From the human T2T-CHM13v2.0 reference genome, Homo sapiens, in the NCBI RefSeq assembly GCF_009914755.1, contig NC_060930.1: 64,000 nucleotides of DNA, one strand, 5' to 3'. The position numbers and the translations under genes were made by a program. Every line of letters starts with the position of its first letter. The stretch's first letter is position 1. Positions 31,345 to 44,499 of this stretch are shown here, one piece after another. Under the pieces are notes generated by a model. That model made no database searches, was not told the DNA's origin, and worked only from the letters and a program-made list of their open reading frames with translations.

Positions 31345-34300
31345 ATTTATTTATTTCTCATAGTTTTCTTTTTTAATACTTTAAGTTCTGGGATACATGT
31401 GCAGAACGTGCAGGTTTGTTACATAGGTATACACGGGCCATGGTGGTTTGCTGCATCCATCAACCCGTCACCTACATTAGGTATTTCTCCTAATGCTGTC
31501 CCTTCCCTAGCTCCCCAGTCCCTGACAAGCTCCAGTGTGTGAGGTTCCCCTCCCTGTGTCCATGTGTTCTCATTGTTCAACTCCCACTTATGAGTGAGAA
31601 CATGTGGTGTTTGTTTTTCTCTTTCTGTGTTATTCTCTTGCTGAGAATTATGGTTTCCAGCTTCATCCATGTTCCTGCAAAGGACATGAGCTTATCCTTT
31701 TTTATGGCTGCATAGTATTCCATGGTGTATCTGTGCCAAATTTTCTTTATTTAGTCTATCATTGATGGCATTTGGGCTGGTTCCACGTCTTTGCTATTGT
31801 GAACAGGGCTGCAATAAGCATACGTTTGTGTGTGTCTTTATAGTAGAATAATTTATAATCCTTTGGGTATATACCCAATGGTGGGATTGCTGGGTCAAAT
31901 GATATTTCTGGCTCTAGATCCTTGAGGAATTGCCACACTGTCTTACACAATGGTTGAACTAATTAACACTCCCACCAACAGTGTAAAAACGTTCCTATTT
32001 CTTCGCATCCCCTCCAGCATCTGTTGTTTCCTGACTTTTTAATGATTGCCATTTTAACTGGCATGAGATGGTGTCTTATTGTGGTTTTGATTTGCATTTC
32101 TCTAATGACTAGTGATGATTAGCTTTTCTTCATATATTTGTTGGCCACATAAATGCCTTTTTATGAGAAGTGTCTGTTCATAATCTTCACCTATTTTTTG
32201 ATGGGGTTGTTTTATTCTTATAACTTTGTTTAAGTTCCATGTAGATTCTGGATATTAGCCCTTTGTCAGATGGATAGATTGCAAAAATTATCACCCATTT
32301 TGTAGGTTACCTGTTCATTCTGATGCTAGTTTCTTTTGCTGTGCAGAAGCTCTTTAGTTTAAGTAGGTCCCATTTGTCAATTGTGGCTTTTGGTGTTTTC
32401 ATCATGAAGTCTTTGTGCATGCCTATGTCCTGAATGGTATTGCCTAGGTTTTCTTCTAGAGTTTTTATGGTTTTAGATCTTATGTTTAAGTCTTTAATCC
32501 ATCTTGAGTTAATTTTTGTATAAGGTGTAAGGAAGGGGTCCAGTTTCAGTTTTCTGCATATGGCTAGCCAGTTTTCCCAGCACCATTTATTAGATAGGGC
32601 ATCTTTTCTCTATTGCTTGTTTTTGTCAGGTTTGTCAAAGGTCAGATGGTTGTAGATATGTGGTGTTATTTCTGAGGTCTCTGTTCTGTTCCATTTGTCT
32701 ATATGTCTATTTTGATACCAATACCATGCTGTTTTGGTTATTGTAGCCTTGTAGTATAGTTTGAAGTCAGGTAGCATGATACCTCCAGCTTTATTCTTTT
32801 GGCTTGGGATTGTCTTGGCTATACGGGCTCTTTTTTAGTTCCTTATTAAATTTAAAGTAGTTTTTTCTAATTCTGTGAAGAAAGTCAATGGTAGTTTGAT
32901 GGGAATAGCATTGAATCTATAAATTACTTTGGGCAGTATTGCCATTTTCACAATATTGATTCTTCCTATCCGTGAGCATGGAATGTTTTTCCATTTGTTT
33001 GTGTCCTCTCTTATTTCTTTGAGTAGTAGTTTGTAGTTCTCTTTGAAGAAGTCTTCCACATCCCTAGTAAGCTGTATTCCTAGGTATTTTATTCTTTTTG
33101 TAGCAATTGTGAATGGGAGTTCACTCATGATTTGGCTCTCTGCTTGTTTATTGTTGGTGTATAGAAAAGCTTGTGATTTTTGCACATTGATTTTGTATTC
33201 TGAGATTTGCTGAAGTTTCTTATCAGCTTAAGCAGTTTTGGGGCTAAGACAATGGGGTTTTCTAAATACAGAATCATGTCATCTGCAAACAGAAACAATT
33301 TGACTTTCTCTCTTCCTATTTGAATATGCTTTATTTCTTTCTTTTGCCTGATTGCTCTGGCCAGAACTTCCAATACTATGGTGAATAGGAGTGGTGTGAG
33401 AGGGCATCTTTGTCTTTTGCCAGTTTTCAAAGGGAATGCTTCCAGCTTTTGCCCATTCAGTATGATATTGGCAATGGGTTTCTGCTAAATAGCTCTTATT
33501 ATTTTGAGATAAGTTCCATTAATGCCTAGTTTATTTATAGTTTTTACAATGAAGGTATGTTGAATTTTATCAAAGGCATTTTCTGCATCTGTTGAGATAA
33601 TCATGTGGTTTTTGTCATTGTTTCTGTTTATGTGATGGATTACACTTATTGATTTGTGTATGCTGAACCAGCCTTGCATCCCAGGGATGAAGCCGAATTT
33701 TTCATGGTGGGTAAACTTTTTGATGTGCTGCTGGATTTGATTTGCCAGTATTTCATTGAGGATTTCCATATCGATGTTCATCAGGGATATTGGCCTGAAG
33801 TTTTCTTTCTTTGTTGTGTCTCTGCCAGGTTTTGGTATCACGATGATGCTGGCTTCATAGAATGAGTTAGGGAAGAGTCCCTCCTTTTCAATTGTTTGGA
33901 ATAGTTTCCAAAGGAATGGTACCAGCTCCTCTTTGTACCTCTGGTAGAATTCATCTGGTCCTGGGCTTTTTTTGGTTGGTAGGCTATTAATTACTGCCTC
34001 AATTTTGGAACTTGTTATTGGTCTATTGAGAGATTCAGCTTCTTCCTGCTTAATCTTGGGAGAGTGTTCTTAGGGACTTATACAGTGGTCTAGTGTCTAG
34101 TGTGTCGTAATTTATCCATTTCTTGTAGATTTTCTAGTTTATTTGCATAGAGGTATTTATAGTATTTTCTGATGGTAGTTTGTATTTCTGTGGGATCAGT
34201 GGTGATACCCCCGTTATCATTTTTTATTGTGTCTATTTGATTCTTCTCTTTTTCCTTCTTTATTAGTCTGGCTAGCAGTCTATTTTGCTAATTTTTTCAC

Positions 34301-35855
34301 AAAATCAGCTCCTGGATTCATTAATTTTTTGAAGGGTTTGTGTGTGTGTGTGTGTGTGTCTGTTTCTTTCAGTTCTGCTCTGATCTTAGTTATTTCTTGT
34401 CTTCTGCTAGCTTTTAAATTTGTTTGCTCTTGCTTCTCTAGTTTTTTAAATTATGATGTTAGGGTGTCAGTTTGAGATCTTTCCTGCTTTTTCTTGTGGG
34501 CATTTAGTACTATAAATTTCCCTCTTAACACTGCTTTACCTGTGTCCCAGAAATTCTGCTATGTTGTCTCTTTGTTCTCATTGGTTTCAAAGAACTTCTT
34601 GATTTCTGCCTCAATTTTTTTATTTACCTAGGAGTCATTCATAAGCAGGTTGTTCAATTTCCATGTAGTTGTGTGGTTTTGAGTGAGTTTCTTAATCCTG
34701 AGTTCTAATTTGATTGCACTGTGGTCTGAGAGACTGTTTGTTATGATTTTAGTTCTTTTGCATTTGCTGAGGAGTGTTTTACTTCCAGTTATGTGTCTGA
34801 TTTTAGAATAAGTGCCATGTGGCCCTGAGAAAAATGTATATTCTGTTGAATTGGGACGAAAAGTTCTGTAGATGTCTATTATGTCCGTTTGATCCATAGC
34901 CGAGTTCAAGTTGTAAATATCTTTGTTAATTTTCTGTCTTGTTGATCTGTCTAATATTGACAATGGGGTGTTAAAGTCTCCCACTATTATTGTGTGGAAG
35001 TCTAAGTCTCTGTATAGGTCCCTAAGAACTTGTCTTAGGCATCTGCATGCTCCTGTATTGAGTGCATATATATATAGGATAGCTAACTCTTCTTGTTGCA
35101 TTGATCCTTTTACCATTATTTAATGTCCTTCTTTGTCTTTTTTTTATTTTTGTTGGTTTAAAGTCTGTTTTATCAGATGCTAGGATTGCAACCCCTGCTC
35201 TTTTTTTGTCTTCCATTTGCTTGGTAAATATTTCTCCATCCATTTATTTTGAGTCTATGTGTGTCTTTGCATGTGAGATGGGTCTCCTGAACACAGCACA
35301 CTGATAGGTCTTGACTCTATTCAGTTTGCCAATATGTGTCTTTTAATTTAAGGCATTTAGCCCATTTACATTTAAGGTTAATATTTTTATGTGTGAATAT
35401 GACCCTGTCATCATGATGCTAGCTGGTTATTTTGCACACTAGTTGAAGCTGTTTCTTCATAGTGCCATTGGTCTTTATAGTTTGGTGTGTTTTTGCAGTG
35501 GCTGGTACTGGTTTTTCCTTTCCATATTTCATGCTTTCTTCAGGAGCTCTTGCTAAGCAGGCCTGGTGGTGATAAAATCCCTTAGCATTTGCTTGTCTGG
35601 GAAGGATTTTATATCTCCTTCACTTATGAAGCTTAATGTGGCTGAATATGAAATTCTGGGTTGCAAATTATTTTCTTTAAGAATGTTGAATGTTGGCTCC
35701 CACTGTCTTCTGGTTTATAGGGTTTCTGCTGAGAGGTCTGCTGTTAGTGTGGTGGGCTTCCCTTTGTAGGTGATCTGACCTTTCTGTCTGGCTGCCCTTA
35801 ACATTTTTACCTTCATTTGACCTTGGAGAATCTGATGATTATGTGTCTTGGGGTT
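31345..35855 (-). mobile_element. L1PA7/8-like, 5'-truncated within ORF1
   Basis: 3'UTR 'gttctgggatacatgtgcagaacgtgcagg'; multiple frameshifted ORF2 pieces in 31759-35243; ORF1 piece 35715-35850. Confidence 0.9.
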
Positions 35856-36299
35856 TTGTAGTAGGCTAATCAAGATTTCATAATAGTTTGAAAATTTAAC
35901 TTTTATCATTAAAATATGTATCTGAGAGAGAACTTTTAATAATTCATTGACTGTGATAATTGATCCTTTGTAAACATGTTTGGGGTCATAATTTTAAAAA
36001 CCAAACTGTCTTTTACTAAAGAAAGTTGAAGAAAATTATTTCTTATATATTTCATAAGGAAAGATCACAGTACAAATAGAAATCAACAAATTCATCAAAC
36101 GAAGCTACTCCTGACTTTTGTGCATGTTCTGTTGACTATAAAATTGTGTAAATTATTAATGAAACTTTCATATTTTTTCCTGATTTTTATTTATCTTAAT
36201 TTTTAAAATTGTTGCTTCCTGGCTGGGAGTGTACAGGTTCTCATAATCTTCTTTATTTTTTTCTGTTGTCATTTCCATCATCCATCTTTTTTACTATCC

Positions 36300-36603
36300 T
36301 GTTTTGTTTGTTTTGTTTTGTTTTGAGATGGAGTCTCTTTCTGTGGCCAGGCTGGAGTGCAGTGGTGCCATCTTGGCTCACTGCAACCTCCGCCTCCTGG
36401 GTTTTAAGTGATTCTCCTGCCTCAGCCACCGATTAGCTGGGACCCAGGCATATGCCACCATGCCCAGCTAATTTTTTGTATTTTTAGTAGAGATGGGGTT
36501 TCACCATGTTGGCCAGGATGGTCTCGATCTCTTGACCTTGTGATCTGCCCACCTCAGCCTCCCAAAGTGCTGGGATTACATGCATGAACCACTGCGCCCG
36601 GCC
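36300..36603 (-). mobile_element. AluSc-like
   Basis: 'gccaggatggtctcgatctcttgaccttgtgatc'; (GTTTT)n tail. Confidence 0.88.
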
Positions 36604-38661
36604 TTTAAAAAAAAATTTTCTGATATTGACTATTACAGGGTGTACTTTCCCTTGCAATAACATTAACGAGCTTTGACATTTGCCTTTTTATTTTGACATC
36701 ATTTCAAACTTAAAGAAAAGTTGAAAGTATGCATACAAAAACCTTTCATGCTTAACCATTTCAATGTAAGTTGCTGACACGATACCCCATCACTTTCTGA
36801 AAACTTTAGAGTATATTTTCACTGAACAGTGGCATTCATCTACATACCTATAACAGAATCATCAACATCAGAAAACTAATCCTCCATATTAATTTATTTA
36901 TTAATGTCATTAACATCGAATCCTAAGGCCCTGTTCGCATTTCAACAATGGTCCCAACAATGCTCTTTATGGCAAAATAATCATGTCTTCAGAGTCCTTC
37001 AACCTCAAACAATTACCCAGTCTCTGCTTGGCTTTCATGACCTTGACAATTTTGAAGGTTACAAAACAGCTATTTTGTAAAGTGTTTCTTTCCCTCCCCC
37101 CTTTTTTTTGTTTGTGCAAATTTATAGCATACATGTGAAATTTTGTTACATGTATATAATGTGTAGTGATCAAGTCAGGGTATTTAGGGTGTTTATTATC
37201 TAAGTACAATACATTTTTGTTAACTATTGTCACCTTACTCAGCTATCAAACATTGAATGTATTCCTGCTGTTTAACTATATGTTTGTACCCTTTAACCCA
37301 CTTCTTTTTAGCCTCCTTCCAGCTCCCCTCACCTTTACCAGTTTCTGTTATCTATCTTTTCACTCTCTATCTCCATGTGATCAAGTATTTTTAGCTCCCA
37401 CATATAAATGAGAACATGCAATATTTGTCTTTTTAGGCTTAGCTTATTTTATATAAGGTAAATACCATCAGTTCCATCCATATTGCTGAAAATGTCATAA
37501 TTTTGTTTGTTTTTATTGTCAAATAGTATTTCATTCTGTATATATGCCACATTTTCTTTATCCAATCATCCATTGATGGACATCCATTGGTGGACTGGAC
37601 TGGGTGATTCCCAGGATCCCGGATCGGGTCATCAAATATTGGAGGAAGGGGACTGGGGCAGCAGACTTGTCCTTAGATTCCCTCATAGTGCATTCAGGTG
37701 CCAGCTGTGATAGTCAATGTCAGCTATCACCCATGCTGCCGGAATGCTCAACTGTGGGAAGAGATGGCTGTGCTGTGGGCCTGCCACTACAGAATGCAGA
37801 GTCCGTCTTAACTGGAACAGCATAGGCAGGTAGCTGTGGGGAGTGCAGTTTGCTTACTCCTCACTTTGCCATGCCCCCAGCCCCCACAAGCAGCCCATAA
37901 CAGTGGCAATGGGATTTGTCTTCAAAGAATGTGAAAGGGCCTGGCTTCTCCCTCTCTCTTTAGACCAGCAGCAGCAGGAACAATATTGTCACTGGCTGCA
38001 GGGCAGGATGCAGACTTTTGGAAGCTAGGCCTTCAGAATCATGATAGATGAAGACTTACCACCAGGGAGAATAGAGTCCCTCTCAGCTGGAGCAGTGTAG
38101 GCAGATAGCTGTGACAAGTGCAGTTTGCTCATACCTTGGTCCCTGATATAGTTTTGATATTTGTTCCCTCCAAATTTTATGTTGAAATGTGATCCTCAAA
38201 GTTGGAACTGGGGCCTAGTGGGAGGTATTTGGATCATGGGGTCAGATCCCTCATTAATGGTTTGGTGCTGTCCCAGTAGTAATGAATGAGTTCTTACTCT
38301 ATTAGTACTGTGAGATCTGGTTGTTAAAGTGTATGGTGACCCCCTCCACTCTCTCTGTCTCTCACCATGTGATTCATCTGCTCCCACTCCACTTTCTGCC
38401 ATGAGTGAAAGTTTCCTTAGGCCTCATCAAAAGCTGAGCAGATGCTGGTGGCATGTTTGTACAGCCTGCAGAACTGAGAGCCAGATAAAAGATATTTTAT
38501 TTCTTTTTTATTACTTCTTCAAGATAAAAAGATATTTATTTTCTTAAATAAATTAACCAGTCTGAAATATTTCTTTATACCAATGTAAAATGAACTAATA
38601 GAGAAAATTGGAACTAAGAAGGAGGGGAGCATTGCTATAAAGATACCCAAATATGTAGAAG

Positions 38662-40347
38662 TAATGGCAGTGGCTGCCTGTCTGGAGTGGCTGCTGTGAA
38701 GATGCCAGCTGCAGTGGGGGAGGCACAGCTGGGGTTGTGTGCTCCATGGGGCTGGTGTGGGCCCCACCCCCTACCAAGTTGGCAGAGTAGGAGGCCCATG
38801 CTCGTGGGTGCAGCTGCAGCCACCCAGCTGTGGCTCCGTACCTGGGCTTCCCTGTGGTCTTGGGGCCCAGGAAGACCCCCTGCCCTTGCAGGTTTGGTAG
38901 TGCTTGCTCCCACTTCCTTGCTTTTCCCTACTCCTGGCACTAGCTCTGGTGCAGAGCAAAGTTGCAGCCAAGCCCAGCTCTGGTGCAGACCAAAGTTGCA
39001 GCACTATTGTGACCTGGCCAGATGTGTGTGTACTCAGGGTGGTGCTGATACACCAGCCCCTTGCTGCCTCAGCTCCCTCCAGACTTTGGGCACTGAGGAG
39101 CACAGGAGGGAGGCTGGGGGGGCACTGAGGTGACTTGGCACAGGACTGCAGGTGCCTCTCAGCACAAACAGCCTGGGTGTAGGGGATGGCATATTGATGG
39201 CAGCAGGAAGCAAACAGTTTCCTGGGCAGGAAGGGAGAGTCCCCAGTGAAGCCCCACCTTCAAGCCATGGATGGCCTATAGCCTGGGGGCCAGACTGCCA
39301 GTTCTGGGTGGAGTCTGCTGCCTGGAGTGAGAACTTATGGTGCTTTATCCTGGTCCTCCCATGGCCACACATGGACCAATTGGCATGCACTTTCTCCCTT
39401 CTGATTCCATAAAAACCTGAGATTCAGCCAGACTCACACAAACATGAAGACTACCAGCTGTGGGAAGGAGCTACCCACTTCAGGTATCCTCCGCTTGTGG
39501 GGACGACCTGCCTGTGCAAAGGAGCTACCCACTGTGGGTCTCCTCTCTGCTGAGAGCTGGACACTCAGCCTGTGGAAATGAGCTACCCACTGTGGGTCTC
39601 CTCTTCACTGACGGCTGTACTCATCAGGATGACCTGCCTACAGAAAGGAGCTATCCACTTTGGGTCCTGAGAGCTATTCTGTTGCTCAATGAACTCCTCT
39701 TTGCCTTGCTCACCATCCAGTTTTCTGCATACCTCATTCTTCCTGGACACAGGGCAAGAACTCGGGACTCACCCAATGGCAGGTCTGAAAGAGCTATAAC
39801 ACAAGCAGGGCTGAAACATGGCCCCCCACCCCTGCACTTACCATGTTGAGGACAACAAAGAGAGGACAGCTGTGGCCCTTCAGGGAACCCACACATAGGG
39901 TTTCCCCTAGCCATTGCTATGATACTCTCTTTGGGGCTTTGCAGTTCCTGAGGTCTCCAAGCTTTTGGGCACCACCACGTTCCCCTTGTCCAGACACTGG
40001 TGCCTGCAGCAGAAGCCACTTTTGGTATGTCTGGTATAGCCACAGACTTGCATGAAGCCCATGCTTGTGCTGGCACTTGGAGCTGCCCGCCCCACTGCAG
40101 CAGCCAGCATACCTGGCTGTGTGCAGTGGCTGGACACCATGCTTGCTTCCTCCCCCTCACCACTCTGCACCTGACTCTCCCTTGGTAGGTGTGGGATCTG
40201 GGCTGGTAGTGCAGTTCGAGTTCAGCCTGCTGGGCTGAGTGGACAGAACGAGCCCAGTGGGTGTGAGCAATTAATTCTCAGGCAGAAGGCACCACCATAC
40301 ACAGAAGTTTCTGGCTGGCACTGTGACACCCCAAGGATCATGTGACC
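38662..40347 (+). mobile_element. MER52-like (ERV1) solo LTR inside MST-int
   Basis: Starts 'taatggcagtggctgcc..tctggagtggc'; ends 'acaccccaaggatcatgtgacc'; internal GAGCTACCCACT repeats; 4-bp TSD gaag/aaag; MST-int is collinear across it. Confidence 0.82.
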
Positions 40348-42003
40348 AAAGCAGCTTTGGAACTGGGTAACAGGCAGAGATTGGAAGAGTTTGGAGGGCT
40401 CAGAAGAAGTCAGAAAGATGAGGACAATTTTGGAACTTCTTAGAGACTGGTTAAATGTTTGTGACTGAAAGACTGATAGAAACATAGACAGTGAAGGCCA
40501 GGCTTATGAGGTCTCCGATGGAAATGAGGTTCCTCATTTCATTATTGGGAAACAGAGTGAAGGTCACTTGTGTTATGCCTTAGCAAAAAGCTAGGATACA
40601 TTATGTCCATTCCATAGGGATCTGTGGAAGGTTGAACCTAGAATGACCTAGGGTATCTGGCAGAAGAAATTTCAAAACAGCAAAGTATTCAAGAAGTGGC
40701 ATGGCTGCTTCTAACCTACAATTAGATGTGGGAACAAAGGAATGATTTAAAGTTGGAACTTATAGTTAAAAGAAAGCAAAGTGTAAAAATTTGGAAAATC
40801 CTCAGTCTGGCCATGTGGTAGAGAAAGAGCATTTTCAGGAAAAGAATCCAAGAGGGCTCCAACCACTTTCTAGTGAGATTAGCATGACTAAAGAGGAGCC
40901 AAGTGCTAATAGCCAAGAAAATGGAAAAAAAAAAAAAAAAACCTCAAAAGAATTTCATAAATCTCTGGGGAAGTCCCCTCCCATCACAGGTGCAGAGGCC
41001 TAGGAGGAAAGAATGGATTCAGGGGCCATGCCTGAGTCCTCAGTGTCCTGTGCAGCCTTGGGACACTAGCCATAAGCTTTGGTGACGTCCACATGGTGTT
41101 AAGTCTGCATGTATGCAGAATGCAAGAGTGAAGAAGGCTTGGTGGCTTCCACCCAGATTTCAGAGGATGCATGGGAAAGCCTGGGTTTCCAGGCAGCAGA
41201 CTGCTGCAGGGGTGGAGCCCCACAGACAGCCTCTCTACTTGGACAGTGCCGATGGGGAATTGTAGGGCTGGAGCCCCAACACAGAGTTTCCACCAGGGCA
41301 CTGCCTAGTGGAGCTGTGGGAATGGGGTCACTGTGCTTCAGACACCAGAGTGGTGTAGGCACTGGCAGCTTGCACTTTGAGACTGGAAAAGCCAAAGACA
41401 TTGGACTCCAACCTGTGAGAGCAGCCATGGGGGCTGCACCCAACAAAGCTACAGGGGCAGATCTTCCCAAGGTTTTGGGAGCCCACCCAACATACCAGTG
41501 TGCCCATGATGCAGAACATGGAGTCAAGGGTGATTATTTTGGAGCTTTACAGTTTAATGTCTGTTCTGCTGGGTTTCAAACTTGCATGGAGCCTGTAACC
41601 CCTTTCTTTTGGCCAATTTCTCCTCTTTGTAATGAGAATGTTTACCCAATGCCTGTACCACCATTGTATCTTGGAAGAAAATAACTTCTATTTGATTTCA
41701 TGGCTCACAGCTGTAAGAAACTTGCCTTGAGTCTCAGATGTCACTTTGGACTTTGAATTTTTGTTAATGATGGAACAAGTTATGACTTTTGGGGACTATT
41801 GGGAAGGGATAATTTCATATTGTTATGTGTGGAGGACATGAGATTTGGAGGGGGAACAGAGGCAGAATAATATGGATTGGATATTTGTCTCCTCCAAATC
41901 TCATGTTGAAATGTGATCCCCAATGTTGGAGGTGGGGCCTAGTGAGAGATGTTTGGTTCATGGGGATGGATCCCTCATAAATGACTTGGTGCTGTCCCAG
42001 CAC

Positions 42004-42344
42004 TAATGAGTGAGTTGTCACTCTATTAGTTACCATGAGATCTGGTTGTGAAAAATGTCTGAAACCTCATCCTCTATCTCTTGCATGCTCTCTCACCATG
42101 TGACACACCTGCTCACCCTTCACCTTCTGTCATCAGTAAAAGCTCCTTGAGGCCTCACCAGAAGCCAAGCAGTAATGAGTGAGTTTTCACTCCGTCAGTT
42201 ACCACAAAATCTGGTTGTGAAAAATAGTCTGAAACCCCTTCCTCTCTATCTCTTGCATCCTCTCTCACCATGTGACACACCTGCTTCCCTTTCACCTTCT
42301 GTCATGAGTAAAAGCTCTTTGAGGCCTCACCAGAAGCCAAGCAG
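42004..42344 (+). repeat. About 170-bp tandem duplication within the MST 3' LTR
   Basis: Copies 42004-42172 and 42173-42344, each running 'taatgagtgagtt...cagaagccaagcag'. Confidence 0.93.
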
Positions 42345-43488
42345 ATGTTGGTGCCATGCTTATATAGCCTGCAGAACTGTGAGCCAAATAAACCTCTTTT
42401 CTTTATGAATTATCCAGTGTCAAGTGTTCCTTTATAGCGATTCAAAATGGACAAATACAATCCCACAGTGGCCCATAGCAGCAGCAGTGGGATTTGTCAT
42501 AGGGGTGCATGGTAGTGCCTGGCTTCCTCCCTCCCTTCTTGGCCTGGTGGAAGCAGCAGCAATGATGGCATTGGTCCCAGGGCAGGACATATTCCTTTGG
42601 GAGCTTGGCTCCTAGAATGGCACCAAGCTGTAGCAACTCAGGTTTTGGATGCCTGTGGGACTCTGTGTGAGTATCCTCTCTGGAGCAATGCCTCTGTGCA
42701 ATCTCTAGAAAACTCCCTATGTTAGTCTCGAACCCACATGGATTGAAGGATTCTCCTGTAGCTAAGATTTTAAAAGACCATGGCAGCACTGGGGAGCCCT
42801 GGAAGTCTCCCTCTTATCCTATACCATGTCTGGGAGCTTCTCTTGGCTCCCTGCCAACCCTAGCCAAGCAGGAGGTCTTGCTTCCCTCTCCTTACTAGCT
42901 GTCGGTGCTTCCCTTCACTTCTGTGTTGAATCCCAGTGTCTCTCCTAGACAATCTATTTTAAGTGTGAATATCTACTTGCTATTTTGGTTCCTCTCTGTG
43001 GAGGAGTGTACTAGCTGCATCTAGTCAGCCATCTTGAATCTTCCCCCGCTTTTGTAAAGTGTTTCTTAATTTAGGTTTCCCTGATGTTTCTTTATGATTC
43101 TGTTCAGGTTATGCTTCTGTGGCAGGAATATCACAGGAGCATTGTTGTTCTCTTCTCATTGCATTAGATTAGGTGACACATGATTTGGATTTGTCCTATT
43201 ATCGGTGATGTTAACTTTGATCATTTGATCAAGGTGATATCTGCCAGGTTTCTGCACTGTTAAGTTACTGTTTTCTCTTTTGCAATTAATATATGTTTTG
43301 TGGGGAAATTTTTCAAGACTGTTTAAAATATCCCCGTTGTCATAAAACTTTCACACACTAGTTTTAGCATCCATTGGTGTTTCTTGACTAAGTTAATTAT
43401 TACTGTGATGAATGCTAAATTGTTATTTTCTAATTCAATTTTTCTTCTATATTTATTACTTGATATAAGGCAAACACTTCTATCTATT

Positions 43489-43522
43489 TGTGTATGTATG
43501 TATGTATGTATGTATGTATGTA
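43489..43522. repeat. (TATG)n microsatellite
   Basis: Direct read. Confidence 0.9.
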
Positions 43523-44499
43523 GATATATATTTATAGTACCAAGGACTCCTAGCTTACTCAATGAGTTCCAATCTATTACTATCATTATTATTAGATGCC
43601 GAAACTGTGTCAGGTCTTTCGTCATGTTCCTATTATTCTTTGAGCACTTCATCACTTTCTGCCTTAAAATAATCCAGGCTCATCTTGTATTTTCCCTGCC
43701 CTGCCTTGGAATTAGTCTTTTCTCCAAGGAGTCTTGGTATTTTTCTCTGGGAAATGCATTTAGAATCCACAGTGCATTTAAGGTGTGCTCTTAGCTATTG
43801 GGTGTCAGTAACAGCCGACTTAGTGGGGGAATTAGGTACAGAGGTGCGTACATAAATACATACATTTAGATTTATTTTCATATCTATCTATATATAGAAA
43901 GTTGTGAGTTCACATCAATATTTCCAATTTCAGTTCAGTACTACAGAGATCATTCTTGTTTTTTCTCTTTTCCTATTTGTAACTATCTTCAATATATTTA
44001 CTTACCAGTCACCAGTACTGGCTCCCACTTCCCCCACTGCAAAGACACTTTCCTCTCCTAGCTTGGGCTCTAATACCCAGTCCTGGGCCACCACCAGCAT
44101 GTGATGGGGATGCCTTTCTTTCTTGTCTTGCTACTTTCACACCCACATCATGCCCCCCTCCCCCACCTAGCATGGCTCCATTGGCCTGTGCCCAGGCTGC
44201 AGATTTCACCACCCTCCCATTATATGGACACCCTCTTCACTTTGCTCTGTCTCCAACAATCTGTGTTGGGCTGATGCTAGTCCCTTGTAAAAGCCCCTCC
44301 TCATATGGCTTGTGTGCTGATACTATTTTCCAGGGCTGCTTCCATCATACCATCCCATAGGAACCTCTTCCTCTGCTGTTGAGGTTCTGACAGCCCATGT
44401 TGTACTGTGACCATCCCTCACATGGGGTACCTGGTTCATCTTGCCTGGGCTTCAATGCCCATGCTAGGTTTCTGTTCAACCCAATCCTCCACCCCACTT

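Larger units (their letters stand above)
38144..42459 (+). mobile_element. MST (MaLR) provirus: 5' LTR about 38144-38600, internal region, 3' LTR about 41867-42459
   Basis: Two related LTRs; MST-int motifs 'ttggaactgggtaacaggcagaga'; TSD gtccc/atccc at 38139-38143 and 42460-42464. Confidence 0.9.
37091..43049 (-). mobile_element. L1MA4/5-like element with only its 3' end (37091 to about 37590) and 5' end (about 37590-38143 and 42465-43049); 18-bp TSD
   Basis: TTTTGTAAAGTGTTTCTT at 37073-37090 and 43050-43067; 5' terminus 'ctagtcagccatcttg'. Confidence 0.82.
36685..44480 (-). mobile_element. Ancient L1MC-like host (36685-37090 and 43068 to about 44480), split by a nested stack
   Basis: L1MC-type 3' sequence 'catgaccttgaca..ttttgaag' resumes after the TSD; degenerate GC-richer repeats at 44030-44480 resemble L1MC4a/5 3' regions. 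Confidence 0.65.

Noticed and set aside
39465-39665. Four spaced GAGCTA(C/T)CCACT repeats resembling a CRISPR-like array
   Set aside because: They are internal repeats of the MER52-like LTR. The intervening sequences resemble each other, there are no cas genes, and the context is eukaryotic.
38595-41684. Dense overlapping 100-190 aa ORFs
   Set aside because: They fall in GC-rich MER52-like LTR and MST internal sequence, occur on both strands, and show no recognisable domains.
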